Origin: Phoronis australis
Lineage: Eukaryota > Animalia > Phoronida
Length of the DNA: 52,968 bases
Assembly (NCBI GenBank): GCA_002633005.1
Contig: NMRA01000112.1
Span: forward strand, 893,202 to 946,169
Direction: 5' to 3'
In this document: positions 12,391 through 24,381 of the stretch, one piece after another
Numbering within the stretch: the stretch's first letter is position 1
Layout: each line of letters begins with the position of its first letter
The notes under the pieces: generated by a model
What the model saw: only the letters and a program-made list of their open reading frames with translations
Told to the model about the DNA's origin: nothing
Database searches by the model: none
Program-made: the position numbers and the translations under genes

Positions 12391-12809
12391 GTATGTTACG
12401 TCCCCGTAGCCAGAGCATGGGTGGTGCATTATAGGGGGGGGGGGCAATAGCCTCACTTTTTTCAGTGCTCCACCGCCCATTCTGGCGAAGAGTATTACGT
12501 TCTAACCATCTTGTTATGCCTTAAAATAAATCCAAATTAGGAGTTGTTAACGTCTGAGGCTTGATGTGTTAATTAATGAGACATAATGGTTTTAGGACGT
12601 AGGAAAAGACTATCTGAAGTTATTAATTTTGACCAGTTCTAGAAAACAACACAATCCGTTGTGTTTTGTGATTTCATGGGTAACTGGTTATTTACCGTAA
12701 AGGGGTTATAGGATATTGGCATTTGATTAGCATTGTACAACATAATAACTTGTTAAATATTTGGAACGTAAAACCACTCCGTGCTCAGCTATGCGTACAA
12801 AGATATATA

Positions 12810-14208
12810 TAGATTATTACATGGCGAAGTCGTTATCCCCCGTTATCTAGAGCCCCAGTGGATTTTGGAGAATTATCGCCCGAGGGGCGTTAGCCCAGAG
12901 GGTAATAATTCTCCAAATCCACAAGGGCTCTAGCTAAGGGGGATTACGGCTGAGAACATGTAATAATCTATTTATACCACATACTAAACGAGAAACATTG
13001 CAATGAATCGATTTACCTTTTCTGACTCTCCACGGCTTTGTAACTACTTTCTATGTCAGAGGCTCGGGGTCGGAGGTCGTGACCTTTTAAGAAAAGCTGG
13101 GGTATTTTTGTCAAATAATGCTTTTACTAAAAACCAATTGAAAACTTAAATATAATAGAAATAAATTGAATCTATAAATTAAGGCTTACCAACTAATATA
13201 GCTTAAAACACGTTTTTTTTAAGCTAAGCTTCGACCGGGAAATTATCGTCTTCTAAAGTAGGTTACCACTGGTAACTGAATATAGTTCTCAAGTCAAAGA
13301 TCCTTTCCGCACAGTACCCGCATTCAAACTGGACATCGGTGATTTACAAATAAGAGGACATGAGAGAAAAATTTCACTGATTTAAGATATCATTTTTATG
13401 GAAATTATGTGTCTTATTCTTCGTAGCGTATAAGTACAGTACAATGCGGTTTGTTGAACTTAGGATCATTGCACGTGTTCATTTAAGTATTCTATTTTTA
13501 CTCTTGACGACGTCAGTCGTTGCATGGTGTAGTGGTAACGTCGGCGACCAGCAATTCCGGGGTCCCGGGTTCGACTCCGTCCTCGGTTTCCCGCCAAATT
13601 GTTATCTCCCTAATAAAACTATGTTTTAATTCAGTGAAATTTTTCCTCCTGTTCTCTCACTTGTAAATCACCGATCTCCAATTTGAATGCGGGTATCGTG
13701 TCGTCGGGATCCTTTGACTTGAGCATTATAGTCAGTTACTAGTGGTAGCCTACTTTAGCAGACGATATTTTCCCGGTCGAAGCTTAGCTTGATAAAATGT
13801 GTAGTAAGCTATAATAGTTGCTAAACTTTAATTTATAGATTCAATTTATTTCAATTTTGTTTAAATTTTCAATTGGTTTTGAGTAAAAACATTATTTGAC
13901 AAAAATAGCTCGGCTTTTCTTAAAAGATCACGACCTCCGACCGGGGCCTCTGACATAGAATGTAGTTACAAAGTCGAGGCGAGCCGAGAAAGGTAGATCG
14001 ATTCATTGCAATGTTTCTTGTTCAGTATGTGGTATAAATAGATTATTACATGTTCTCAGTCGTTATCCCCCTTATCTAGAGCCCTCGTGTATATTGGAGA
14101 ATTATCAACCTCGGGGCTAACGCCCCTCGGGGGATACACCTGTAGTTCTCCAAAATACCCTCAAGCTCTAGATAACGGGGGATAACGACTTCGCCATGTA
14201 ATAATCTA
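12810..14208. mobile_element. 1.4-kb foldback/palindromic element with about 600-bp inverted arms
   Basis: The outer 44 bp (TAGATTATTACATGGCGAAGTCGTTATCCCCCGTTATCTAGAGC) are a perfect inverted repeat. The arms stay alignable inward to about 13405 and 13605. Flanks are TA-rich. Confidence 0.9.
13518..13590 (+). ncRNA. tRNA-like sequence with Pol III A and B boxes (degenerate, not a canonical tRNA)
   Basis: A box TGGTGTAGTGGTA and B box GGTTCGACTCC with tRNA spacing and a GGGTC variable loop. Acceptor and anticodon stems pair poorly. Confidence 0.6.
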
Positions 14209-15438
14209 TATGTAGACCCAGGAATCCACTGATTTTGAAGTCAAGAAAAACAGTAACTCAACCATAGTACAGGACTCATAGGCAATCGTAAATTCGAATT
14301 CAGTAGCAGGCACTAGGAACTCGTATGGAATCAGGCAAGTCTGCATGGGTTGTCGGCTAATGCATGACAAAATCAAGACAATATAAACCTTAGTTGAGAC
14401 ACCAGACCTCAAAATCAATATAGTAGATCTATAGAGAACAAAACTGTGCAATCATAGATTTTAAAACCAAAATAGCAGATCTATGCTAACTGGACCAAAG
14501 CACATAGATCAGAAAAATGAAAATAACAGACCCATACCTGGATTTAGTACAGTAACAGTATGTCCTCGTTTAAATTTTAGAATGTATCACTTATGACCCC
14601 CTTCACTAACGCTAGGACCTCGCTTAAAGGCAATACTTTGCGGGAATACGTGAGATTTTGTCATGTATTTTTAAAGCGATCTCGTGACTTTGGTTAGATT
14701 ATACAATAGCTAGGTCCTAGCGTGCATGTAGGTTCTAGCGTTACTGAACTCACGCCTGGACATAAGTCAAGTAAAGACATTGATTAGTCATGTACCAGAC
14801 ATGTCTTGATCTCTTATAGTTTACAATGTTGACAAATGCGTTAGTATATTTGTTAATGCGACCTTAAACCAGTATTAAATCAAAACAACAACATTTGACT
14901 TAAACTGTTTGAGGTTATGGCATCAGTCTCAAATTGTTCTTCTATAAGAGGGGATTGCATGCGTCCAATGACCTTGAAACTGCTTTACTTCTACAGATCA
15001 AGCCTATAAATATCATGTCACGCCGTGTCTAGAAAAATCAAAGAGCCTCTTCCTGTCAGTTCTTTGTTAGCCCTGATATCACTTTTAAACTGTAAAAAAA
15101 CAGGATACACGAACGGTCGATTTTGTAACAGTAATTGGCCCTAAGCAAGGACTTGTTTTCTTAATAGAAAGCATGAGTTTAATGCCGCTTTAACAAAACG
15201 TTACATGCTCTAGAAATTTAGTCAGTAAACAAACTCTGATTAAAAATTAATCAAATAACAGGTCACACTGTGACTGGAAATTGTTTGATTTTTTTAAACA
15301 AACAACGATCTACCAGATCTTCAAAACAATGAAATTACCAGCAATTTTATTAAGAAACATTTTGGGGCCAATTCCATCACCGCGATTTAAAGCAAGATCT
15401 GTTTTGGAAGAGTAAATTATCACGTGGGATTATTGTAG

Positions 15439-15573
15439 ACTTGCAGACACCGTGGAGCACGTGGTCTTCTTGCTCTGAGGCTTGCGGTGGAGGGGCTCAA
15501 ACCAGGACTCGGTTGGATGAATCTGGGGACCCGAAGAAGGAAACCCAAAGTTGCAATGAAGAGACTTGTCCAG
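15439..15573 (+). CDS. Host gene exon: thrombospondin type-1 repeat 1
   Basis: TAG acceptor, CAG|GTAATT donor, 135 nt, phase 1-1. DLQTPWSTWSSCSEACGGGAQTRTRLDESGDPKKETQSCNEETCP. Confidence 0.92.
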
Positions 15574-15707
15574 GTAATTATTCATATTTGTTCATTTCAA
15601 ATTTTGTGTTTGACCAGTGATTAGTCTACCGATAATTTTATTAATTGAAAGGTACGCACAAACCACAGTGCAGTGCAAAAAATCAGAATCAAACCACTGC
15701 CACTTAA

Positions 15708-17404
15708 AGGAGCATGCCACCCAAAAACCAACCTAATTTGTATCAATTTAGATCGAGTAGTTCTACTCCATAACGCCTGGTACGGTTGCGTTACCTTACA
15801 CCTGACGGCAGACGGAGGTGTTGAAATTATCCAATGACGTCATCGGTTTCACAAGCAGTCTGTTCAGCAGTTCACAACACGGGTTACTGGTGTCTGCTTA
15901 TCGCTTGAAGTCATCGTTTAACACCAGTAAATCATCAAACTTCGATGTAAAACCCTTAAAAATACACCGAGTTCTCATAAAAACGTGTTGTTTTATTTCG
16001 CTCTTACGGATTTATTGGTATTTGGACACACCGTAGCCTACAAAGTTCGCCAGGCCAATAAGGTCCGTAGCAGGAGTTTGGGGTCTGTTCGGAGATAATT
16101 TCGAAGTATTTTCCGTGAGATACAGACAGGAAAACCTAGATCTGTGTTGTTTAGACTTGTGATTTTTTGAGTTCTACACACAAAACGCTTGTTATCCTGG
16201 CCAGTGGCTCGGAGCCCGATCAGGCCCGTTTTGGTCGGCCGGGGATTGACTCGTTATCCCGGTCAGTGGCTCGGAAACTGATCAGACATCACGAACATAA
16301 GCCAGCCAAAGTTGAGTGGAAACTAAACTTCCAGTCTAGAAAATACTACACTAGTGAGCCAAAGCAATGTGCACCTTATTATGTTGGTGAATTAGCCACG
16401 AAATTGCAAATCTACTTACTCGTCGCCGGGGGGCCGCGAATTCAGGTTTCGCTTTGGCCACAGCACCGTCAGGGCAGAAGTTGTACATTGACAATCATTA
16501 TTTGAGTAATGTAAATGTAAATAAAGATTCCCCTAACCCCTGGCCGTGGGATGGAAATCGAGTTGTTTCACAACAGTTTTTGCCAGCAAGCACTTAATTA
16601 GCATGAGCTCACTCGGCCGCGGTGTCCCGTCAATTAGTTTTATTGCACCTAAAGCCGGTAACGCAGTGATTTATTCATTGCTGGCTTCTCAAATCATTTG
16701 CACTCACGAACACACCAAAGGTATAATTACAAATTACATCTAATGAGACAGGCTTTGTTTCAGTTTTATGTAAGTATTTCTTAGGGTGAGAATAATTTAT
16801 TTTGAAACAGAACGCTCAGTAATAATCGCCAACATGACAACTCGCAATCCCGACGTAGGACAAGCTAGAGCTCACCAGTCCCGCCTTCGCACGTGGATCG
16901 TTAAGTTTTACAGGCTATCAATTCGAACAGGAATACAGAGATGAAGAAATACTAGAGAGGCGCCGTGAACAAGCTCAGACAACGGAACGTATGGAGTTAT
17001 TTGGTAAGCCGGCATTCGTCAGGCACTGTCGACGTCTGCAGGCCACAGATGTTTCACGGCCTCATACATGTACATGTACTTGCGATTTACAACTTGCATT
17101 TCATTCTTCACTACCCTGAGCCACTTCCTAAGCATTTCGGACTCTCGAGGAAGAAAAAAAAACGATATACCCGCTTTCCTCGCAGCTGCTTAGTTCGTAC
17201 AAGCGGGAACGATGCACCGCAATACAGCTGCATTCACCCTGAGAATGAACCACTGACATCGCTGCGTCGTTTCTCACCTTCCTCACAGGTTAACGAGACA
17301 CCTCTTGGCAAGGTAAGGTCGACCGTACACTGTATGCGAGGCGACGTGGATATAGACAGATTAAGACTACAAAAAAGACTAATTAAATCGAGTGGCATTC
17401 TCCT
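15708..17404 (-). mobile_element. Kolobok-like non-autonomous DNA transposon with THAP-domain relic
   Basis: TTAA on both sides. TIR AGGAGCATGCCAC / GTGGCATTCTCCT (12 of 13 match). The minus strand at about 17230-17075 reads RCIVPACTN*...GISFFFLPRESEMLRKWLRVV, a THAP pattern with an in-frame stop. Confidence 0.8.
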
Positions 17405-18376
17405 TTAAGTAGTTGACTATTTTTTAATTTTTGTCCCAAACCTTTGTGACACACTACATGCTCTATGTTTTAGCGAAGCTTCCTTAAAATATCAATTTTG
17501 GTATCCCAAATACATAACAGTCTGGTTTGAGGTTAATTCCATAAGGAACTGAATGCCACAACTTGTAAAATGACTGATCTACTTCTAACATTGTTTTGCT
17601 TAAAATTTCGAAACTGCGTTGTAATCGCATTTCATACAAAAATGTGCTCAAAACCACCAACTTTTAAATCAATATAATGTTTTTCTTTTAATTTGAAGAA
17701 ATGCGAGGCGGCAGATCTCTTGATCATATAGCTAATTCGTAATACTTAATCTGTACATTTGGTTGAATCAAGGTCTCACGTGCGAAGTCTCGTTTTGAAG
17801 TATCTTCGCGCAAAGAGTCAGTGACAGCTATGAATGAGCAAGGTTGACGATCACAAATTGAGCATAGTGCTTAAAACTTAAATAATACTGTAATTTTAAG
17901 ACTATGTACTGTTTTGAACCATAGCTGAAGTTACCCCTACATAATTGCCTTATTCAAGTGTTTTCTCGGTTGTGTTGCTCTAACCATAGGCTACAACTGT
18001 TCAAGTGGAAGTGGGTAGGTACGAGAAAACGGAATATTATAAAAAATTGTGTTTGATTTACAATGACGGTCTTTACTAGGATGAATACCACTTCCTGATG
18101 ATTTGCATAGGATATTACATGTATGAATCTAGGTCAAGTTTCATGAAAGAAGTCCAATGGGTGCACCCAACTCAAGACTTCTGTATACGCCTGCTAGCTA
18201 ATCCAGATATTTCTGTTGTTAAATATGTGTATTCTGTCCTTGAAAGAAGAGAACACCTCTTAAATGGGTTACGTGTGGAAATGTGCCTGTTTATTTTTTG
18301 TTTATGGTACTTTGGGCCGGAGGCCCTTAATGCAAATAAACGTATGATGATTCACGCTCCCCTACACGTTTTATAG

Positions 18377-18514
18377 ACCAGTGGACACAATGGAGTGCGT
18401 GGTCCAATTGCTCCAAGGTTTGCGGTGAAGGCAATCGAACCAGAACTCGTTCAAATGAGAATGCAACTGTTCAGGACAATCAGACGGTATCTTGTAATGA
18501 CCAGCCTTGCGTTG
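18377..18514 (+). CDS. Host gene exon: thrombospondin type-1 repeat 2
   Basis: TTTTATAG acceptor, G|GTAAGT donor, 138 nt, phase 1-1. DQWTQWSAWSNCSKVCGEGNRTRTRSNENATVQDNQTVSCNDQPCV. Confidence 0.92.
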
Positions 18515-18689
18515 GTAAGTCTTTGCAAATGTGTGTGTCTATTATGTTTTGACATTGATTTTACACCTATACATGTAGTTAGCGTGGTTTTGTGTTAACC
18601 TGGATCGCGTTATTGAGAAGAGATATTTCAAGTTCCGAACTAAGGCAAGTTAGAGGTTATCAAAGACGTCAGTGTACACATTTTTTGAA

Positions 18690-19600
18690 TGATTTTATTA
18701 ATCAAAGCGGGATTCAACAATTGGTCGGATTTCAAAACCCGCTGACTGGACTGCAAAGCCGAATGGCTGGTGTTCTAACTTGGTGGTCGGACCCAAAAAA
18801 CGGGTTTGCCGGTACCTCAGAACAAGATGGCCACACCTCAGAAACTGATTGACCGGACCTAAAACAGTTAGCCGATGTTCAAAAACAATGGCCGAACACA
18901 TCGCCGATTTTGGGCAAAACACACAGACGGGTACGAAAAATAAACACTGGATGTCACTTAAATCCTTCAAGACATTCAAATCAATTCTCAGAGCAAGTCC
19001 GGCTGTCGTGTTTGATCACTGGCCAACTGGTTATAGCAGCTGCCATCGTGGTTTGGGTACATCCAACTAGTTTTTAGATAAGGCCGTTTTGAAGTTCGGA
19101 CAACACATTTCATCACCGGAACGTTGACACTGATGGTCTCATCGGCATGCTCAGTTGTTTTATTGTATATTCGCCTTTCTACTTTAGAAGAATGTTCTTT
19201 GATCCCCCAAATGTACTGCAATAGTGTAAGAAGTCTTCTTTGCGAGATAGCTAGAACATTATACACCAATTCCTGTCAGGAGTAGCATATCCTGGGAAAG
19301 CATCTTTTCCCGGATAGGGTTTTGTGCAGTAGGTCTGAAGTAGAGTTTCACATCGTGTGGCCTAGTCACCTTTAGTAGTAACTTGAAGACGGTCTTGATA
19401 TAGGGACGGCTACGGATGGCTTTTGGAAGTCTGTATGGCGCTGTCGCTCGATGTGTTGAAGGGTTATGTCCCAACTCTCATAATCTTTGGCATTCATAGT
19501 GATGTGTATATAATCGATCTCCTTCTGGTGATCTGGTGACATAGTTTTCCGCTCTACAGAGAAGAGCGTGAGTAGCATATTGTCTGTGCTTTGTTGGATG
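18690..19600 (-). mobile_element. Decayed Penelope-like retroelement 3' part (RT thumb, linker, GIY-YIG region)
   Basis: Frameshifted peptides in PLE order: LLTLFSVERKTMSPDHQKEIDYIHITMNAKDYESW; VPYIK...RPHDVKLYFRP; GVVYNV; TTEHADET; PNHDG. Boundaries are approximate. Confidence 0.65.
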
Positions 19601-19805
19601 ATTCGAGCGACATTTCAAATACAGCAATCTTCATTGACATGTAACACATTCTAAGGAAATGGAAGTTTAGGCTAAAAGAGGGCATTCTGATCTTAATGCC
19701 ACTTATTTGGAGACCTGCACTCACCCAATTGAAGGAAAAGTAAAACAACGCTTACTCTAAAACCAGACGCCGTATTGAACAAACCACTGAATGAATCTCT
19801 TGCCG

Positions 19806-21855
19806 TAAATTCTTAGTAATCGTCCTCTGTTTAACACTGCTACATGTACTCCACGCTTTAATATTTTGAAGTAAATATTGTCGTCTTTACCACCGGCAAA
19901 CTAATTTACCGGATTATTGCTGGATTGGACTGACTTCTTGAAGTTTTAAGCTTTGACGAGAGCTACATGTATGTATGCAGCAACGAATTTTAATGGCCGT
20001 TCCGCAAGAAAATCAAAGGAAATCAACAAATCACACTAGGGGACATCCTCCAGATTCAGCTTAAACTTTGTGTATGTGGTTCAGGTACAAAAATCACCAA
20101 ATTTGCACTTATTGACATAAGTATTAGGTGTTCATGCATTTACATGTACACTTATAATGCTCTTTTTATTGCTGTCTTCACAGTAAACGGCAACTGGACA
20201 GAATGGAAGTTCTTGAAGAATTGCACTGTAACATGTACAGAAGACGGGAATCGTATGCAAGAATATCGCCAATGTACAAACCCGGCTCCTCAGAATAATG
20301 GGTCGCAGTGCACCGGCGAAAATATCAGAGGCTGTAAAACGGAAGATTGTCTTGGTAGGAGTGTCCTATATAATTACCCAAATCAAATACGCGTCAAATT
20401 TTCATTCACCTGTCAAGAGATGACTAATCAGAATTGTGGAAAGTACACATATGAACGCTTATCACAAAACCTTTGAGACCTCCTTCTCCGGGAGGCGTTT
20501 TGCAGCGCACTTTCAAGTGTGTGGATATTAAATTGCGTATAATTTTGACAATTAAAACTGCATTAATTTTAAGTTATTTTTTTCAAAACTTTATTTTGAA
20601 AATGAGGTCGCTTCTTCCAAAACACGATTGCGTTCCTATAACGTAAGACAGTATCAGGGCCGTAACCATGAAAATAATAGTTCAACACACATGTAGCAGT
20701 GGTGGCGCCTAACTTCTTTAGGCGTCGCTATGGGGTTCCCGGCCCTCTAAACGCCCTAATTTAGCGTATAAAGTCATTTTGTCAGTCAAACATTTCTGAG
20801 AAAGTATTGTACCTCTGTCCGCAAAATATCATCATTTCCTTATAGAAAAGGAGCTTCGCGGTATCCCTGTAATAACATTGTCTTTTTAGCTGATTTGGAC
20901 CAATTTTGATCCTGCACAACCAGTTGGGTATTCGATACCTGTGATATCCTACCACAAAGCTCCTTCCGATGTCCCTGAATGAGCTGAGCCAAAGTTTTGG
21001 AACGTGGGGCGACAAATGTGAAGCGGTCGGTTTCTTTTAGTTGTTTCTGGGCTTTTGCTGTGGTTGGCAGTCGCACATGGCATAAAATGGCCGTCTCGGT
21101 GGAGTCGAGCCAGAGTGAGGATGCGTTTTGTTATGCCTTCTCACGGGCAGCGCTATAGCCCCACACTTTCAGTGCTGCGCTGCCCTTGGTCTATGGGCGG
21201 TGCACTACGGTGGACTGGGGGTCTATGGGCTCCACATTTTTAAGTGTTTCGCCGCCCATGGTTCATGCCACTTGTGAAATAGAAAATATGCAAAATATTT
21301 AAATGATTAATTCACTCAATAAGATAAGTACAGGTAATTTTCTGTCATTTAGACTGCGCACCAAGTAATAGCTCTCCTCTCACCAGCAGGAAGTGAAACC
21401 GTGATTAGTGATCAATGTTTAAAGCAAGCTATTGCTCTTTTTACGTTCTACTTGTATACCAACTAGCCTGTAAAATTGAACCTTCAATGCTCAGTGCATA
21501 TGGCGACGATTGAGCAGTGGCTGACGTATAGGAACGTGCTTTCCTTGGATACGTCAAAGCAAGTGGATGCCATAAATTCTTAGTAATCGCCCTCAGTGTA
21601 ACACGTGCTACTCCACGCAAGTACATTTTGAAGGATTATTGTCGTCTTTACCATCGCGAACTTATTTATCGGATTATGGCTGGATGGAAAAGACTCGTTG
21701 AAGTTCTTTAAGTTAGCTTTGACCAGAGCTACATGTATGTAGAAGATAAAAAATAATCATACTAGGGGTCATATTCTAGATTCAGCTTAAACTTTGTGTG
21801 TGTGATTATGGTGTGGTTATGGTACAAAAATCACCAAAATTTGCGCTTATTGACA
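19806..21855 (+). repeat. Pair of diverged about 300-bp direct repeats (about 19806-20117 and 21572-21855) on either side of TSP1 exon 3
   Basis: Shared TAAATTCTTAGTAATCG, TTGTCGTCTTTACCA, AGATTCAGCTTAAACTTTGTGT, GGTACAAAAATCACCAAA and CTTATTGACA. Confidence 0.85.
20184..20354 (+). CDS. Host gene exon: thrombospondin type-1 repeat 3
   Basis: CTTCACAG acceptor, G|GTAGGA donor, 171 nt, phase 1-1. VNGNWTEW...CTVTC...RQCTNPAPQNNGSQCTG...CKTEDCL. Confidence 0.93.
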
Positions 21856-23499
21856 ACTTAGTTTTTTACCTATAGGCTTTTTAAAGTGGTCGAACCCAGA
21901 ATTAATATTTCACTTTAAAGACAAAAACCTACATCACAGGAACGGCATCAATGTCAGAAATACAAAAATGAAATAAAAAATCAAAATCGCATGGTGCAAT
22001 CACAGGTTATCGCTATTTATGTGTCAAAATTTGACTTCATTTCGTGATATCGCTTTTTTGATTCCAAAGTCAACTTCTATTCAAGGTACATGCATGATTA
22101 TTCGTCACGACAGGGCAAATATTTTTTCTAAATTCTATGCACAAAATGTGCTTTTGATGCATGTTTTGCAAATAGTTACTTTCTACTTCCAGATATATCA
22201 AAGCAACGGAATGTGGAAAATCTTACTTCAATTACAGAAATAGGTTATGAATTGTGAAGCTTATTCCAACCCTTCTATTATCCCGCTAGTCGAAAATTTC
22301 AAAGTACTCAGTCGCCATGACAACAATATGATGCAAGTCTACTTTCAAACTTAACGTTAGCTTGGTTCACTCTTCATGGCTGAAAATATCCAAAGTACAT
22401 TCTACATGTAAGATACTTACTTTGGCAAAGGAGTGTTAGGATCAATTTGGTTTGCGTACTTATTTGTACTGAGATCACTTTGTTACATACAGGTGTAAGC
22501 GTTAGCCACAATGGAAATTTTGAAACCTGTGCGTCCAACATTTTAAGAGATGCAGTTTAGCTCTGCTAGGATGCGACATCAACTGAGAAAATCATATTTG
22601 GGTGGAATCGGTTAAACGATTAGCATCCTGTAAAAATGACAAAACTCAGATTATGTGACTCTATATACATGTACAGTGCTGTAGTGGTAAAATTTGAGGT
22701 AAGCAGGCGCCCAAAGCCAACCGTATCACCTTGAGCACTGACCGTACGGTGTAACCTACGGTGTATAGGCGTTACGTTCAAATGCTAAAAGGTGGCACTG
22801 TTTAAATATCGTATGTTATGATTATCTGGAATTAAGATGGACGTTACAGGAGGAAGTGGCCATAGCCCCCTTAAAATTTTCTCAAATTCCATGTGGCTGT
22901 TCGGGGGTGCGAATATCTGAAGGGCAAAATCCTTGCTAATACTCTGCCCTGGCCTCCCTAACACCATATCCTGGATACGCCTGTGGGCACCAGTTAGCAG
23001 CTGACTGGGGGGGGGGCACAGGTTAGACTCACGAACGGTTTCCAAAGTGCTAAAACTGTCAATAGTGTGTCAGCACAAGTTACAATCATTCGAAAACAAG
23101 CATGTAAAGAATATTTAGTTTTTTTGAAAATTTCGTAAGACGTGGAAAACAAAAATTACGCTGGAGTTCAGCGGCGTGGGTTCGACATTTCGATATTACT
23201 CAAAATTCATAAACAGGTATAATTAGAAAATATCGTAACAGAATTAGACTAATGTGACTTACTAGTTGGTTACACGTGACGGATGAAATGCATGAATTAA
23301 ATTGTCTATGTTCCTTGCTCCGGGATTTCATCAATCAACATCGGGGCCATAGCTTATACATGTATGTGTAAGGAATGGAAGAGAATGTTGGTGTTTGTAA
23401 TTATGTAAAACTTGTGTTGTATCGCTGCGGGATTTTTTGGTTCACGTACTTGTAGCTAAGTTCGGGCAATATGTCTGTTCCGTTGATATTTATAACCCT

Positions 23500-24381
23500 G
23501 TGACCTAGATTCCAAACTTGGTTGACCTATTTTTTCAAAGCAGTGAATGCCACGTAGCAAATATTTTTTTCACAATTAATACATTTATTACAAAAGACAA
23601 ATACATATACAAATATACACACAACACAAAACAACACAACAACGTACAGAGCTGTGCATAAAAATAACGAGAAAGCATTTCATTGTCACTTCGAAGTTAA
23701 AAAGTACTGATGAAGTGTTGTTGATAATGTATCATAAACCAAGGAATATTCTTATGCCTCACTTGATTAATTCATACCTGATTCAATTGGAGCTTCCAGT
23801 CCACTGAAACTGGGTGTGTCTGTAAACAATGAAACGATTTTTTTCTCAGCCTCCTCCATGGGTTTGGGGCGAGAGCCTCCTCCCGTTTTCTTCACCTCTC
23901 TTTGCAGTTGGTTCTTTGAGGCTCTCGCCCCAGACACCATGTGCCTCCACTTTTCCTTTGTGTCATACGCTGTTCTGTTTGCTGTTCCCAGACTTGTGAT
24001 TTTGGAAGCTATATCTTTCCAAACAGAGTTCTTTTCGGCCTTCGTCACTTTCTGGCTGAACTTGCTGTTAATTACTTGCAAATTCGACTCGGCAAGTTCA
24101 GTCTCAAGGTTGATTTCGTGCTTTGTCCAATTACAAGATCTTTTCTTTTCAGCCATTTTGTCTGTGCCATGGTAACACGAATTATGGGTATTGCCTTATA
24201 TGGAATCCAATTTGGCTATCCATCGTATAACATAGATATCCGCCGGATAGTTATCCGAACCTTATCCAAGCTTTGTGCACCCAAATTTATACGCCGGGTA
24301 ACTATCCGGCGTATAAAACTTATCCGGCGTATAAGCTGTTATCCGCCGAATAGTAATACAGACTTTTATGCAACCAGGCCC
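23500..24381 (-). mobile_element. PIF/Harbinger transposon fragment (one end plus the Myb gene)
   Basis: Terminus GGGCCTGGTTGCATAAAA on the minus strand from 24381 and subterminal TATCCGGCG/CGCCGGATA repeats at 24237-24350. The other end and a transposase were not identified, so the left boundary is a guess. Confidence 0.65.
23778..24156 (-). CDS. Myb/SANT-like DNA-binding protein exon (NAIF1/MSANTD-like), PIF/Harbinger accessory ORF
   Basis: MAEKKRSCNWTKHE...KNSVWKDIASKITSLGTANRT...KEKW...KKTGGG is the characteristic Harbinger Myb/SANT signature. It ends at a CAG|GTATGA donor. Confidence 0.85.

Noticed and set aside
13518-13590. Functional tRNA gene
   Set aside because: Acceptor, anticodon and T stems do not pair properly. 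Kept only as tRNA-like.
18795-18860. Hammerhead in the Penelope-like relic (minus strand)
   Set aside because: The core reads CTGAGG and CAAAC rather than CTGANGA and GAAAC, and the stems are not recoverable.
23343-23360. GGGGCC as the second Harbinger TIR
   Set aside because: Only about 5 bp match the right terminus and there is no matching 3-bp TSD.
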